The notes: generated by a model not told the origin, from the letters alone. A stretch of 64,000 nucleotides of DNA from Patescibacteria group bacterium (GCA_028705565.1 JAQWDH010000002.1:40262-104261), one strand, 5' to 3'; positions 1 through 10,605 are shown, numbered from the stretch's first letter. Made by a program: numbers and translations.

Positions 1-90
1 TTCACTTTAACAACAATCGTCTTGTTCATCTTATTTGAAACAACTTCGCCTGTAAATTTTTTGTTAATTGTTTTTTTGATGTTTTCCATA
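1..90 (-). CDS. rpsQ: 30S ribosomal protein S17, N-terminal part (gene runs off window start)
   Basis: The reverse complement of 1-90 translates to MENIKKTINKKFTGEVVSNKMNKTIVVKV, the S17 N-terminal hallmark. It sits directly downstream of rpmC in canonical S10-operon order. Confidence 0.75.
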
Positions 91-96
91 TGCTTA

Positions 97-297
97 TTAT
101 TTGGACTTTTCTTCTTTCTTTAAAATTAAAACCGTGTTGATTTGCGCGATTACTCGTTTAACTTCTTTAATTTTATTCCAAGATTTCAACTGTTTATTTT
201 TGGATTTAAACCTCAAAGAACGCGCCTCTTCTCTATTTTCGGCGAGTATTTTTTTTAATTCTTCCGCGGTTTTATTTTTCAATTCTGTAAAATCCAT
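97..297 (-). CDS. rpmC: 50S ribosomal protein L29
   Basis: 66 aa with the ELR..L..EL...LRF pattern typical of L29. It lies between rplP and rpsQ. Confidence 0.85.
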   Translation of the reverse strand: MDFTELKNKTAEELKKILAENREEARSLRFKSKNKQLKSWNKIKEVKRVIAQINTVLILKKEEKSK

Positions 298-300
298 ATT

Positions 301-714
301 TTAAATTTTCTTCACGAATTTAGTTAAAACGCTGAGTTTGTATCCGGTTAATTTTATCGCTTCTTTCGCGACCGATTCTTCCATGCCGGCGATTTCAAAA
401 ATAACGGTGCCCGGTTTGACAACCGCCACATAATGATCCGGAGACCCTTTGCCTCCGCCCATAGGAACTTCATTTCCTTTTTTTGTGACCGGTCTGTCAG
501 GAAATATTCTTATCCAAACTTTGCCGTTGCGTTTCAAAAAATGCGTTAAAACGCGTCTTGCCGCTTCTATCTGGCGGCTTGAAATCCACCCGTGTTCTTC
601 ACTTTTAATGCCAAATTCACCAAAAACAACCCTATTTGTGCGGGTAGCAACGCCTTTTTGACGTTTACGGCCTTTCTGCCATTTTCTGTGTTGTACTTTC
701 TTTGGTAAAAGCAT
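301..714 (-). CDS. rplP: 50S ribosomal protein L16
   Basis: 137 aa, MLLPKKVQHRK...GKGSPDHYVAVVKPG, conserved L16 sequence. Operon position matches. Confidence 0.95.
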   Translation of the reverse strand: MLLPKKVQHRKWQKGRKRQKGVATRTNRVVFGEFGIKSEEHGWISSRQIEAARRVLTHFLKRNGKVWIRIFPDRPVTKKGNEVPMGGGKGSPDHYVAVVKPGTVIFEIAGMEESVAKEAIKLTGYKLSVLTKFVKKI

Positions 715-723
715 AATTATAAA

Positions 724-1404
724 TTATTTTTTGTTGCTCTTTTCGGTTTTTTCAAATTTATCGCGGCGGCTGAAAGTTTCGCCATGATAAATCCAAACTT
801 TTATTCCTATTTTTCCGTAAATCGTCTGCGCTTCGGCGATTGCGTAATCAATGTCGCTGCGAACCGTAATTAAAGGCATCTTGCCGGCGCTAAGCATTTC
901 ACGGCGGGCGATTTCAACTCCGTTCAAACGTCCGGCCATATTTATTTTTACGCCCTTCGCTCCAGCGCTGGTAACTCTTTCAATGATTTGTTTCATCACC
1001 CTTCTGAACGGCATGCGTTTTTCAATATCCATAGCCGCGCTTTGCGCCACAACTTGCGCGGACAAAGCCGGTTGCCTTACTTCCTGAACATTTATTTTTA
1101 CTTTTATTTTAAATTTTAAAATATTTTTTTCAATAAATTTACGCAAATCTTCAAGTCCTTGGCCGCCGCGTCCTATAATCACTCCGGGTTTAGCCGCCAA
1201 AATCGTAACAGTGGCTTCTTTCGGGCCGCGCTCAACACCGATTGAATCAATGCCGGCGTCTTTTAATTTTTTCGTTAAAAAATCACGTATTGCGACTTCT
1301 TCCTGCAAAAAAACAGGCATATCTTTTCTTTTCGCGTACCACTTTGAATCCCAAACGTAAATCTGCGGAATGCGATAAATTTTCGGATGGACTTTATGAC
1401 CCAT
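724..1404 (-). CDS. rpsC: 30S ribosomal protein S3
   Basis: 226 aa, MGHKVHP...GIKVWI, S3 KH and C-terminal domain motifs. Located between rplV and rplP. Confidence 0.95.
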   Translation of the reverse strand: MGHKVHPKIYRIPQIYVWDSKWYAKRKDMPVFLQEEVAIRDFLTKKLKDAGIDSIGVERGPKEATVTILAAKPGVIIGRGGQGLEDLRKFIEKNILKFKIKVKINVQEVRQPALSAQVVAQSAAMDIEKRMPFRRVMKQIIERVTSAGAKGVKINMAGRLNGVEIARREMLSAGKMPLITVRSDIDYAIAEAQTIYGKIGIKVWIYHGETFSRRDKFEKTEKSNKK

Positions 1405-1430
1405 ATTAAATTAAAATCAAATGTTTAGAA

Positions 1431-1823
1431 TTATTTCTTTTCTTTAATTTTTTCTTTTTTTTCTTCTTTGCCTTTCTTTTCTTCTTTACTGCCGACTAAA
1501 ACCAAGCTTACGTGGGACGTTCTTTCACGAACAGGCGTGGCGCTGCCGTGCGCCTTTGGCATGGATCTTTTAAGCACCCTGCCTCCGTCAACCATCGCTG
1601 TTTCAACTCTTAAGCTTTCAATCGGCAAAGAATAATTATTCTTGGCGTTGGCAATCGCGGAATTTAAAAGTTTTAAAACAGGTCTGGCGGCTTTTTTATT
1701 CAATAAAGACAATGTATCAATCGCGGTTGTAACTTTGCGTCCGCGTATTAAATCAATAACCAGCCGCACTTTGCGCGGACCCATTCTTAAAAAATTCAAT
1801 TTTGCGGTCACTCTTTGTTCCAT
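1431..1823 (-). CDS. rplV: 50S ribosomal protein L22 (with lysine-rich C-terminal extension)
   Basis: L22-like sequence MEQRVTAKLNFLRMGPRKVRLV..., in operon order. Confidence 0.9.
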   Translation of the reverse strand: MEQRVTAKLNFLRMGPRKVRLVIDLIRGRKVTTAIDTLSLLNKKAARPVLKLLNSAIANAKNNYSLPIESLRVETAMVDGGRVLKRSMPKAHGSATPVRERTSHVSLVLVGSKEEKKGKEEKKEKIKEKK

Positions 1824-1834
1824 ATGAAATTAAA

Positions 1835-2170
1835 TTATTTTTTCTTCGCTTCAGCCGCGGCAGGAGCGGCTCCGGCAGTAGCTGTCTTGGCGGTTTCTTG
1901 TTCTTTCGCCATCTTTCCTCCGTGTCTCACAAATTTACGGCTTGGAGAAAACTCACCCAGTTTATGACCAACCATATTTTCATCAACCAAAACGGAAATA
2001 AAATCTTTTCCATTGTGCACCAAAAAAACCATTCCGACCATTTCCGGAGAGATGGCGCAAGCGCGCGACCATGTTTTAATCGGTTCGCGTTTGCCGACCT
2101 CCCTCATTTTTAAAACTTTCTTTAAAAGTCGGGGGTCAACATACATTCCTTTTTTCAAACTTCTTGACAT
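1835..2170 (-). CDS. rpsS: 30S ribosomal protein S19 (Ala-rich C-terminal tail)
   Basis: Contains HNGK.F..V....MVGHKLGEF..(T/S)R, the S19 core. Confidence 0.9.
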   Translation of the reverse strand: MSRSLKKGMYVDPRLLKKVLKMREVGKREPIKTWSRACAISPEMVGMVFLVHNGKDFISVLVDENMVGHKLGEFSPSRKFVRHGGKMAKEQETAKTATAGAAPAAAEAKKK

Positions 2171-2187
2171 AATTGATTGATTTAAAA

Positions 2188-3039
2188 TTATTTACCTTTT
2201 TTGGATTTACGGCGCGATTTAATAATGAACTTGTTGCTCCACTTGCCCGGCTTTCTTGTTTTTACGCCTCTTGCCGGTTTGCCGTAAACGGTTTGCGGAC
2301 CGCGTTTCTGACCTATCGGGCTGTGCCCTTCTCCGCCTCCGTGCGGGTGGTCAACAGGATTCATATTTTTACCCTTTACTCTCGGTTTTATGCCTCTGTG
2401 GCGCATACGACCGGCTTTTCCCCATCTTATCAAACGGAAATCTGAATTTCCCAAAATACCTACGCTGGCTGAACATTCTTTCGCGATTGACCTGATTTCA
2501 CCGGACGGCAGTTTGATTTGCGCGTATTTGCCTTCAAATCCTACCAACTGCGCCGACATTCCTGCTCCTCGCACCATTTGTCCGCCTTTTTTAGGAGTAA
2601 GTTCTATGTTATGAATAAATAAACCTATCGGAATATATTCCAAAGGCATACGATTGCCCATTTTCGCTTCCATGTTTTTGTCATCCGACATAACTTTATC
2701 ACCGACTTTCAAATTGTCTGGACATAAAATATACGATTTTACCCCGTCTGTGTATTCAATCAAAGCGATTCTCGGCCCTCTGTTCGGGTCGTATTCCACG
2801 GCTTTAACGACAGCTTCAATTCCGTATTTTTGTTGTTTAAAATCAACCAAACGATAATATTTTTTAGCTCCTCCACCCTGATGGCGAACGGTAATCACGC
2901 CTTGATTATTGCGTCCGGATTTTTTCTTTAAAATTTTCACCAACGATTTTTCAGGTTCAAATTTTGTTACATCTGAAAAAGTGTCCGCGCTTGATTTGCG
3001 GCGTCCTGCGCTCGTTGGTTTGTAAACTTTAATCGACAT
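2188..3039 (-). CDS. rplB: 50S ribosomal protein L2
   Basis: 283 aa with L2 motifs including the HPHGGGEG box. Confidence 0.97.
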   Translation of the reverse strand: MSIKVYKPTSAGRRKSSADTFSDVTKFEPEKSLVKILKKKSGRNNQGVITVRHQGGGAKKYYRLVDFKQQKYGIEAVVKAVEYDPNRGPRIALIEYTDGVKSYILCPDNLKVGDKVMSDDKNMEAKMGNRMPLEYIPIGLFIHNIELTPKKGGQMVRGAGMSAQLVGFEGKYAQIKLPSGEIRSIAKECSASVGILGNSDFRLIRWGKAGRMRHRGIKPRVKGKNMNPVDHPHGGGEGHSPIGQKRGPQTVYGKPARGVKTRKPGKWSNKFIIKSRRKSKKGK

Positions 3040-3111
3040 AAATTATTATTATAATTTGGACTATGTTGGACTGTGTTTGACTTTAAACTATGGACTATAG
3101 ACCGTAAACCG

Positions 3112-3543
3112 TTATACTCCTTCATGGATATTTATCGTCTTTCCTGCGGGCAAAGCGACAATCGCTTTTTTATAATCAGATCTGCGTCCCGGAATTCCGC
3201 GGCTTTTTAAAACGCGTCCGTCAATGTTGACTGTGTTCACACTCTCGGGTACTACTCCGTAAACATCATTCATAGCTTTCTTGATTTGTTTTTTATTCGC
3301 TGAACGGCTTACGACAAAAGTATATTTATTCACGCTCTCGGCTATCGCGGCTTTTTCAGTTACCAAAGGATAAAGCAAAATTTTATAAGCCGCGCTTTGC
3401 AAATTTGTTTTGGTTAATTTGCGCGCGACAGGTTCTTTATCCGCGATTTTTTGCGTACTCTCAACAGCTTCCTTTTTTGACGGAGTTTCATTCTTTTTGC
3501 TTTCTTCTTTCTTCTTTTTTAACAAACGGTCTATTAAACTCAT
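3112..3543 (-). CDS. rplW: 50S ribosomal protein L23 (with N-terminal extension)
   Basis: C-terminal 90 aa match L23 (LLYPLVTEKA...). Located between rplD and rplB. Confidence 0.85.
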   Translation of the reverse strand: MSLIDRLLKKKKEESKKNETPSKKEAVESTQKIADKEPVARKLTKTNLQSAAYKILLYPLVTEKAAIAESVNKYTFVVSRSANKKQIKKAMNDVYGVVPESVNTVNIDGRVLKSRGIPGRRSDYKKAIVALPAGKTINIHEGV

Positions 3544-3544
3544 A

Positions 3545-4174
3545 TTATTTTCCTAAAATTTCTTCTAATTTAGCCACGCCTTCCTTGTTTATAATTACAA
3601 CCGGTTTTGATAAAATTTCCACGACATTCAAATCTTCGGCTTGCATGGTTTTCGCTTTCGGCAAATTTCTTGTCATTTGCAAAACATTTTCATTTTTTCC
3701 GGCTGTCAAAATTAAAACTCTATCGTCTTTTGCCGGCAATAATTTTAAAAAATTCGCGAAAAGTTTGGTCTTTGGTTCAATAAAATTAAAATCTTCCACC
3801 ACCATAAAACCGTTATTCGCCACTTTGTCAGACAAACACATTTTCAAAGCCAAACGGCGAATTTTTTTGTTTATTTTACCTTTATAATTTCTGGTTGAAA
3901 GAGGACCGAATGCCACGCCGCCGCCTTTCCATATCGGCGACCTGATAGAGCCGTGTCTGGCACGACCTGTGCCTTTTTGTGGCCACGGTTTTTTTCCGCC
4001 TCCGCTAACTTCGCCTTTTCCTTTCGTGTCGGCCCACGGTTGGCGCGCTATATTTCTTAACGCCACAAAAACTTGATGGACAGTATCCTGTTTCACCGGC
4101 ACATTAAAAACCTTATCCGACAAATTAATTTCGCCGGTTTCTTTTCCTTCCAAATTGTAGACTTTTACTTTCAT
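3545..4174 (-). CDS. rplD: 50S ribosomal protein L4
   Basis: 209 aa L4/L1e family sequence. Operon position matches. Confidence 0.9.
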   Translation of the reverse strand: MKVKVYNLEGKETGEINLSDKVFNVPVKQDTVHQVFVALRNIARQPWADTKGKGEVSGGGKKPWPQKGTGRARHGSIRSPIWKGGGVAFGPLSTRNYKGKINKKIRRLALKMCLSDKVANNGFMVVEDFNFIEPKTKLFANFLKLLPAKDDRVLILTAGKNENVLQMTRNLPKAKTMQAEDLNVVEILSKPVVIINKEGVAKLEEILGK

Positions 4175-4177
4175 ACT

Positions 4178-4909
4178 TTAAATGGTTTCTTTTTCTTTTT
4201 TGTCTTCTTCTTTTTTTTCTTCCGGCTTTTCTTCAATTATCAATTCGGATGTCGGTTCGGACACATTTTGTTCAACAGGTTGCGGGGCTGTTTTTATTTT
4301 CAATTCTCCGTCTCCGATGATGACGATCAATCCGTTTCTGCCGCCCGGTACCGCTCCTTTTATATATAACTCGTCGGTTTCAGGATGAATTTCAACAATT
4401 TCCAAATTTTTTACTGTTACTTGATTTCCTCCCATTCTTCCTGCCATGCGCATTCCTTTAAAAACTCTCTGAACGCCACCGGCTCCGATTGAACCAGGCG
4501 CGCGCAAATCATGTTTGTGACCGTGTGAAGCCGGAGCTCCGGCAAAATGATGTCTTTTAACAACGCCTGCAAAACCCTTGCCTTTTGATTCTCCAAACAC
4601 ATTAACCTTGTCTCCAATGGAAAAAGTTTCCACGGTTATTTCGTCTCCGCGTTTTATGTTTCCAACCGATTCAACCGCGAATTCTTTAATCCATTTTGAT
4701 TGTTTTAAATCTTTAAGGTGTCCGGATTGCGGTTTTGGCAAACTGTCTTTTTTTGCTTCTCCCAAACCTATCTGCACGAATTTTTTATTTTCATCGTTCA
4801 CTTGCGTTATCTGGCAAGGTCCGGCTTGCACCCTTGTCACAGGCACAACTAAACCGTCTTCTTTGAAGACCTGCGACATACCAATTTTTTTTGCTAAAAT
4901 AAATTTCAT
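4178..4909 (-). CDS. rplC: 50S ribosomal protein L3 (acidic C-terminal extension)
   Basis: 243 aa matching L3 core motifs, in operon order. Confidence 0.9.
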   Translation of the reverse strand: MKFILAKKIGMSQVFKEDGLVVPVTRVQAGPCQITQVNDENKKFVQIGLGEAKKDSLPKPQSGHLKDLKQSKWIKEFAVESVGNIKRGDEITVETFSIGDKVNVFGESKGKGFAGVVKRHHFAGAPASHGHKHDLRAPGSIGAGGVQRVFKGMRMAGRMGGNQVTVKNLEIVEIHPETDELYIKGAVPGGRNGLIVIIGDGELKIKTAPQPVEQNVSEPTSELIIEEKPEEKKEEDKKEKETI

Positions 4910-4964
4910 ATTTGAGAGGGTAATCCAAAACTGTCACCTTTCGTAGTTCGTATATAATATAAAA

Positions 4965-5014
4965 ACTAGAAGCGACAACATTGAACATTTTAAAATTCAA
5001 CCCTGTCGCTTCTA
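4965..5014 (-). terminator. 12-bp perfect inverted repeat hairpin (ctagaagcgaca/tgtcgcttctag, 26-nt loop) followed on the minus strand by a T-run; terminator- or attenuator-like, upstream of rplC
   Basis: Read directly from the sequence. It lies in the unusual 345-bp rpsJ-rplC spacer. Confidence 0.45.
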
Positions 5015-5254
5015 GCCTTCTCAAAAAAAGAACGGCTAAATTTTATCAATCAATTTTAATGTTTTTTCTCCTTCGTTATACGCGTCCTCACATAAATGTT
5101 TTTTGTTTCTTCCCCGCGTTTTGGCGGAAAGCCACAAATCTTATTTAGCCGGACGCAAATAACAATTTGAATAGTATCTACACACTACTATAAAACGATT
5201 TTTTTGTCAATAACCCTAAATTCGCTGATTCGTTTTAACGCGAAACGCGCAATT

Positions 5255-5644
5255 TTACATTTTAATTTCTATATCCACGCCGGTCGGCAAATTCAAACTC
5301 ATTAAAGCGTCAACGCATTTCGGGGTAGGATTCAAAATGTCAATCAAACGTTTGTGCACGCGCATTTCATATTGTTCGCGCGCGTTTTTATGCACGAAAG
5401 TTGAACGATTAACAGTAAATTTGGAAATTTCAGTCGGCAACGGAATAGGTCCGATAACTTTGGCATCGTTGCGTTCAGCAGTATCAATAATCGTTTTGCT
5501 TGCTTGGTCTATTATTTTCGTGTCGTAAGCGCGAATTTTTATTCTGATGCGGTTCACGGTTTCAGCGTTTTTTTGAATCGCCTGCTCCGATGTTTTAGCC
5601 GGTTCCGTTGTTTTTTTAGCAGTTGTAGTTTTTTTAGTAACCAT
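5255..5644 (-). CDS. rpsJ: 30S ribosomal protein S10 (N-terminal extension)
   Basis: C-terminal 100 aa match S10 (IRIKIRAYD...[11 protein letters not shown]). Confidence 0.9.
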   Translation of the reverse strand: MVTKKTTTAKKTTEPAKTSEQAIQKNAETVNRIRIKIRAYDTKIIDQASKTIIDTAERNDAKVIGPIPLPTEISKFTVNRSTFVHKNAREQYEMRVHKRLIDILNPTPKCVDALMSLNLPTGVDIEIKM

Positions 5645-5665
5645 AAGAAAGAACTTTCATAGGAA

Positions 5666-5692
5666 AGGGGGCGCTAATAATAACGCCCCCTT
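5666..5692 (-). terminator. GC hairpin (agggggcg...cgccccct) between tuf and rpsJ; possible attenuator or terminator
   Basis: Inverted repeat read from the sequence; a moderately T-rich tail follows on the minus strand. Confidence 0.35.
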
Positions 5693-5699
5693 CGCCTAC

Positions 5700-6890
5700 T
5701 TATTTTAATATTTTAATTACGACGCCTGCGCCGACGGTTCTGCCGCCTTCGCGAATGGCGAAGTTCATTTTTTCTTCCAAAGCCACCGGTGTAATCAATT
5801 TGACGTTCAAATTGACAGTGTCTCCTGGCATAACCATTTCCGTGCCGGCGGGCAATTCAACTTCGCCGGTAACATCCGTGGTGCGAATATAAAATTGCGG
5901 TTTATAACCTTTGAAAAACGGTTTGTGGCGTCCACCTTCTTCTTGATTCAAAACATAAACCTGCGCTTCAAAATCAGTATGAGGAGTAACGCTACCCGGC
6001 TTGGCCAATACCATACCGCGTTCAACTTCATCTTTCTTTGTGCCGCGTAAAAGTATACCGGCGTTATCTCCTGCCACGCCCTCTTTCAATGTTTTGTTAA
6101 ACATCTCAATGCCGGTAACCACTGTCTTTTGCGGTTCTTCTTTCAAACCGACTATCTCCGCATCATCGTTCACGTGAACAACGCCTCGGTCAATACGACC
6201 GGTCACGACTGTTCCGCGACCTTCAATGGAAAAGACATCTTCAATCGCCATAAGAAACGGCTTGTCAATGTCGCGTTGCGGATCAGGAATATACTCGTCC
6301 AAAGTTTTGAGCAAATCCAAAACCGGCTTTGACGCTGTTTCATCAGAAGGATTCTGAAGCGCCTGTAAAGCCGAACCGCGGATAATCGGAGTGGTATCTC
6401 CTGGAAATTTATATTTTTTAAGCAAATCGCGCACTTCAGCTTCCACCAAATCAATCAATTCCGGATCTGATACTTGGTCAACTTTATTCAAGAAAACGAT
6501 AATATAAGGCACGCCTACCTGACGAGCGAGCAAAATATGTTCGCGTGTCTGAGGCATCGGACCGTCTGCGGCGGAAACAACCAAAATAGCGCCATCCATC
6601 TGTGCCGCGCCTGTTATCATGTTCTTTACGTAATCGGCATGACCAGGACAATCCACATGCGCGTAGTGCCTCTTTTCAGTTTCATACTCAACGTGAGCGG
6701 TAGAAATGGTGATACCGCGAGATTTTGATTCCGGAGCTTTGTCCAAATCATCAACGCCTTTTTTCTGGGCGGTCATACCGCGGGCGTTCATGACCTGCAG
6801 AATGGCTGCGGTCAAAGTTGTTTTACCGTGGTCAACGTGGCCAATGGTACCAACATTGACATGCGGTTTGTTTCTTGCAAACTCTGCCAT
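5700..6890 (-). CDS. tuf: elongation factor Tu
   Basis: 396 aa with [17 protein letters not shown] and NKVD GTPase motifs. Confidence 0.98.
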   Translation of the reverse strand: MAEFARNKPHVNVGTIGHVDHGKTTLTAAILQVMNARGMTAQKKGVDDLDKAPESKSRGITISTAHVEYETEKRHYAHVDCPGHADYVKNMITGAAQMDGAILVVSAADGPMPQTREHILLARQVGVPYIIVFLNKVDQVSDPELIDLVEAEVRDLLKKYKFPGDTTPIIRGSALQALQNPSDETASKPVLDLLKTLDEYIPDPQRDIDKPFLMAIEDVFSIEGRGTVVTGRIDRGVVHVNDDAEIVGLKEEPQKTVVTGIEMFNKTLKEGVAGDNAGILLRGTKKDEVERGMVLAKPGSVTPHTDFEAQVYVLNQEEGGRHKPFFKGYKPQFYIRTTDVTGEVELPAGTEMVMPGDTVNLNVKLITPVALEEKMNFAIREGGRTVGAGVVIKILK

Positions 6891-7006
6891 AAACTTATTT
6901 TTTGCGGCACTGCTCCGAGTGGTCGGCGCAGATTTTTAACCAGCCGCTTCTGTTTTTTTTATAAAAAATTATATTTTCGCTTATTTCTTTTTTACGATAA
7001 GCTTCT

Positions 7007-7035
7007 ACATTATAGCATATATTCAAAATTTTGGC
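7007..7035 (-). promoter_or_regulatory. sigma70-type promoter TTGCCA-17bp-TATAAT driving tuf
   Basis: On the minus strand, -35 TTGCCA (7030-7035) and -10 TATAAT (7007-7012) are separated by exactly 17 bp, about 115 nt upstream of the tuf ATG. Confidence 0.6.
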
Positions 7036-7052
7036 AAGAGCCGGTAAAAACT

Positions 7053-7514
7053 TTACGCTACCGGCTCCAAATAATACCTGTCCTCTTCTTCGTCCGGAGC
7101 GTCGCTCGGAATATCGGCTAAACTTTCTTCTGTCTCTTCCGGCTGAATTTTTTCAATTTCTTTTTCTTCTTCTATCAAATCTTTTTTAAAATCATTGATA
7201 TCAACATCTCCAAAATTTTCAAAATTTTCGCCGTCTTCTTCGTTCTTTTTTATATGTTCGTCTTTGATTTCAAAACTTTTCGCTTCTTCTTTTTTTTCAT
7301 GTTCCGAACGCCAAACCGATATATCCCTATTTATTTTATTTAACATTTCTTCTTCATTCAAATCGCGTATGGTTTCTTTTTCGTCAAGCAATTTTTCATA
7401 TTCGCCAATGCTCATCATCATAAAAGCGCTGTCCGTATCTTTATCCAAAATCGCGCATCTGTCTCCTGTGCGGCGAATCAATTTCAAAATTTTATTTAAT
7501 TGCGGATCTGTCAT
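7053..7514 (-). CDS. hypothetical protein with a Phd/YefM-antitoxin-like N-terminal region and a highly acidic C-terminal tail
   Basis: The N-terminus KILKLIRRTGDRCAILDKDTDSAFMMMSIGEYEKL resembles the YefM/Phd core ([22 protein letters not shown]). The C-terminal half is D/E-rich. It is inserted between fusA and tuf. Confidence 0.4.
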   Translation of the reverse strand: MTDPQLNKILKLIRRTGDRCAILDKDTDSAFMMMSIGEYEKLLDEKETIRDLNEEEMLNKINRDISVWRSEHEKKEEAKSFEIKDEHIKKNEEDGENFENFGDVDINDFKKDLIEEEKEIEKIQPEETEESLADIPSDAPDEEEDRYYLEPVA

Positions 7515-7546
7515 ATTTTTTTAAAAAATATAAAAATTAGTCGGGT

Positions 7547-9619
7547 TTATTTTTGCTTGCCGGAAATTATATCTTGCGCGATATTGTTCGGCACTTCGGC
7601 GTAATGTCCGAATTCCATCGTTGAACTCGCGCGCCCTTGAGAAATACTGCGCAAAGAAGTGGCATAACCGAACATGCTCGCCAAAGGCACGATGGCTTTC
7701 ACGACTTTCATCTGCGCCCTGTCAAACATTTTCTGTATTTGGCCCCTTTTGGAATTCAAATCGCCGATTACTTCACCCATAAATTGTTCCGGCGTTACGA
7801 CTTCAACTTTCATAATCGGTTCCAAAATCGCCGGACGCGCTTTTTTACAAGCGGCTTGAAAAGCCATTGAACCCGCTATTTTGAAAGCGGCTTCCGAAGA
7901 ATCAACTTCGTGATAAGAACCGTCAAAACAACTTACCTTGATATCAACCACCGGATAACTCGCTTGGATACCGCGAGTAACGGCTTCTTTGACACCCTTT
8001 TCAATGGCCGGCAAATATTCTTTCGGAATAACACCACCTTTGATTTCATCAACGAATTCATAATTGCCGTCTGTTTTCGGTTCCACTCTCAACCAACAAT
8101 GGCCGTATTGTCCGCGACCGCCTGATTGTTTTATGTATTTCCCTTCGGCTTCGGCCATGGCGGTGATTGTTTCTTTATAAGCAACTTGCGGTTTTCCGAC
8201 ATTGGCGTCAACTCCGAATTCTCTCTTCATTCTGTCCACGATTATGTCCAAATGCAATTCTCCCATTCCGGAAATAATGGTCTGTAAAGTTTCTTCATCT
8301 GTGTGAACTTTAAATGTCGGGTCTTCTTCCATAAGTTTTTGCAAAGCCATGCTGATTTTTTCTTGGTCAGCTTTTGTTTTCGGTTCAATGGCAATAGAAA
8401 TAACAGGTTCCGGAAATACTATTTTTTCTAAAATCAACGGATGATTTTCGTCGCACAAAGTATCACCGGTGACAGTGGCTTTAAGACCTATCGCGGCCGC
8501 GATTTCTCCAGCATACACTTCTGCCACATCTTCGCGATGATTCGCGTGCATGCGCACGATGCGGCTTAAACGCTCCTTTGTTCCATTGGAAGAATTAAAA
8601 AGATAACTGCCGGCGGAAATATGGCCCGAGTAAACGCGGAAAAATATAAGACGGCCGACAAACGGATCGGTTGCAACCTTAAAAGCCAAAGCAGAAAAAG
8701 GTTCTTCATCGCTCGGTTTCCGTAATTCCTCAACATCATTGTCCGGATTTATTCCTTTTACAGGCAACAAATCAGTTGGAGCCGGCAAATACCAGGCAGC
8801 TGCGTCCAAAACCAATTGAACACCCATGTTCGCAAGCGCGGAACCGCACAATACCGCAAAAAAATCTCCTTTAATCGTCAAGGCGCGTATTGCTTTTTTT
8901 ATTTCATCAACTGTTAAAATTTCGCCGTTTAAATACCTTGCCATATATCCATCGTCTGCTTCAACAACTTTTTCCATCAATTTTGCCCTGTATTCTTTTA
9001 CCTTGTCTTTCATATCGTCAGGAATTGGAATTTCCACTATTTTTTCTCCGTTCTGGCCTTCAAATTTAAACGCTTTTTCTTCTATTAAATCAATGATGCC
9101 GGAAAATGTTCCTTCCGCGCCGATTGGCAATTGAACGGCGTAAGCGTTTGAAGATAGTCGTTCATTGATTGAATCCAAACTCATATAAAAATCCGCGCCC
9201 ATTTTATCCATTTTATTTACAAAACAAACTCGCGGCACATTGTATTTGTCCGCTTGATGCCAAACCGTTTCAGATTGCGGTTCAACGCCCTGCGAACCGT
9301 CAAACACGGCCACAGCTCCATCCAAAACGCGGAGAGACCTCTCTACTTCCACGGTAAAATCCACGTGCCCCGGAGTATCAATAATGTTTATTCTGCAACC
9401 TTTCCAAAAACAAGTGGTCGCGGCGGAAGTAATGGTGATGCCGCGCTCTTTTTCCTGTTCCATCCAATCCATTTCAGCGGCGCCTTCATGCACTTCGCCG
9501 ATTTTATGTTTTTTTCCTGTATAAAATAAAATACGTTCGGTGGCAGTGGTCTTGCCCGCGTCAATATGCGCCATGATGCCTATGTTACGCGTTTGTTCCA
9601 AAGAATATTCTCGTGACAT
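7547..9619 (-). CDS. fusA: elongation factor G
   Basis: 690 aa with [17 protein letters not shown] and full EF-G domain layout. Confidence 0.98.
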   Translation of the reverse strand: MSREYSLEQTRNIGIMAHIDAGKTTATERILFYTGKKHKIGEVHEGAAEMDWMEQEKERGITITSAATTCFWKGCRINIIDTPGHVDFTVEVERSLRVLDGAVAVFDGSQGVEPQSETVWHQADKYNVPRVCFVNKMDKMGADFYMSLDSINERLSSNAYAVQLPIGAEGTFSGIIDLIEEKAFKFEGQNGEKIVEIPIPDDMKDKVKEYRAKLMEKVVEADDGYMARYLNGEILTVDEIKKAIRALTIKGDFFAVLCGSALANMGVQLVLDAAAWYLPAPTDLLPVKGINPDNDVEELRKPSDEEPFSALAFKVATDPFVGRLIFFRVYSGHISAGSYLFNSSNGTKERLSRIVRMHANHREDVAEVYAGEIAAAIGLKATVTGDTLCDENHPLILEKIVFPEPVISIAIEPKTKADQEKISMALQKLMEEDPTFKVHTDEETLQTIISGMGELHLDIIVDRMKREFGVDANVGKPQVAYKETITAMAEAEGKYIKQSGGRGQYGHCWLRVEPKTDGNYEFVDEIKGGVIPKEYLPAIEKGVKEAVTRGIQASYPVVDIKVSCFDGSYHEVDSSEAAFKIAGSMAFQAACKKARPAILEPIMKVEVVTPEQFMGEVIGDLNSKRGQIQKMFDRAQMKVVKAIVPLASMFGYATSLRSISQGRASSTMEFGHYAEVPNNIAQDIISGKQK

Positions 9620-9644
9620 ACGAAAAAATTTTAAATTTTATCAG

Positions 9645-10121
9645 TTATTTTGAAAACCTCGCGAAATGCGCGAACGCTTTATTCGCGTCGGCCATGCGAT
9701 GCACTTCGTCTCGTTTTTTAACGGCGTCGCCCATACCTTGTGAAGCTTCAAAAAGCACGGTGGCTAATTTTTCGCGCATCGGCTGTCCTTTTTTATTTCT
9801 TGCCGCTTCAACTATCCAACGGAATGTCAAAGCGGTTTGTCTGGCGCTTGAAACAGGCAACGGCACCTGGTAATTTGCGCCTCCGACGCGTCTGGAACGG
9901 ACTTCAACCTGCGGTTGAACATTTTTAACAGCTTCTTCAAAAACTTTTAACGGGTCGCTCTTTGAAATTTGAGCCATTTTTTCAAATGCGTCATATACAA
10001 TACCCTGCGCCACGCTTTTCTTTCCGCCCTTCATAATGAAATTTATAAACTTGGCGAGAGGAACATTGCCGTATTTGATATCTGGCTTTATAATTCTTTT
10101 TTCAACTTTTTTTCCACGCAT
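9645..10121 (-). CDS. rpsG: 30S ribosomal protein S7
   Basis: S7 core sequence. The start is moved to the internal Met (MRGKKVEKRIIKPD) at 10121. The longer ORF would overlap rpsL by about 80 nt. Confidence 0.85.
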   Translation of the reverse strand: MRGKKVEKRIIKPDIKYGNVPLAKFINFIMKGGKKSVAQGIVYDAFEKMAQISKSDPLKVFEEAVKNVQPQVEVRSRRVGGANYQVPLPVSSARQTALTFRWIVEAARNKKGQPMREKLATVLFEASQGMGDAVKKRDEVHRMADANKAFAHFARFSK

Positions 10122-10158
10122 AAAATAAATTTTAATTTTGAATTTTTTGATTTTTAAA

Positions 10159-10587
10159 TTATTTTTTTGCGGCTTTTGGCCTCTTTGTGCCATACACGCT
10201 TCGGCCCCTGCGGCGCGTTTCAATTCCTTGCGTATCATAAACGCCGCGCACTATATGATAGCGCACGCCCGGCAAATCTTTCACCCTTCCGCCGCGAATG
10301 AGCACGATGGAGTGTTCCTGCAAATTATGTCCTTCGCCCGGGATATAAGCTATAACTTCAATTCCGTTACTAAGACGAATTTTTGCGACTTTTCGCAAAG
10401 CCGAATTCGGTTTCTTCGGGGTAGTCGTATAAACCTTTACGCACACGCCCCTTTTAAATGAAGCGCCCTTCGGCAATTCATTTTTTTTACGGTGTAAATT
10501 ATCCACCGAAAGCTGTAAAGCCGGCGTTTTGCTTTTGCGAACCTTGTTTGTTCTGCCCTTGCGGACCAATTGGCTTATAGTAGGCAT
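10159..10587 (-). CDS. rpsL: 30S ribosomal protein S12
   Basis: 142 aa, [12 protein letters not shown]...[10 protein letters not shown], nearly invariant S12 sequence. Confidence 0.98.
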   Translation of the reverse strand: MPTISQLVRKGRTNKVRKSKTPALQLSVDNLHRKKNELPKGASFKRGVCVKVYTTTPKKPNSALRKVAKIRLSNGIEVIAYIPGEGHNLQEHSIVLIRGGRVKDLPGVRYHIVRGVYDTQGIETRRRGRSVYGTKRPKAAKK

Positions 10588-10605
10588 ACTTTAAAATAAT
10601 TTTTA

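Noticed and set aside
9645-10238. Long 197-aa version of the S7 ORF
   Set aside because: The N-terminal 39 aa have no S7 similarity and would overlap rpsL by about 80 nt; the internal Met at 10121 gives a canonical S7.
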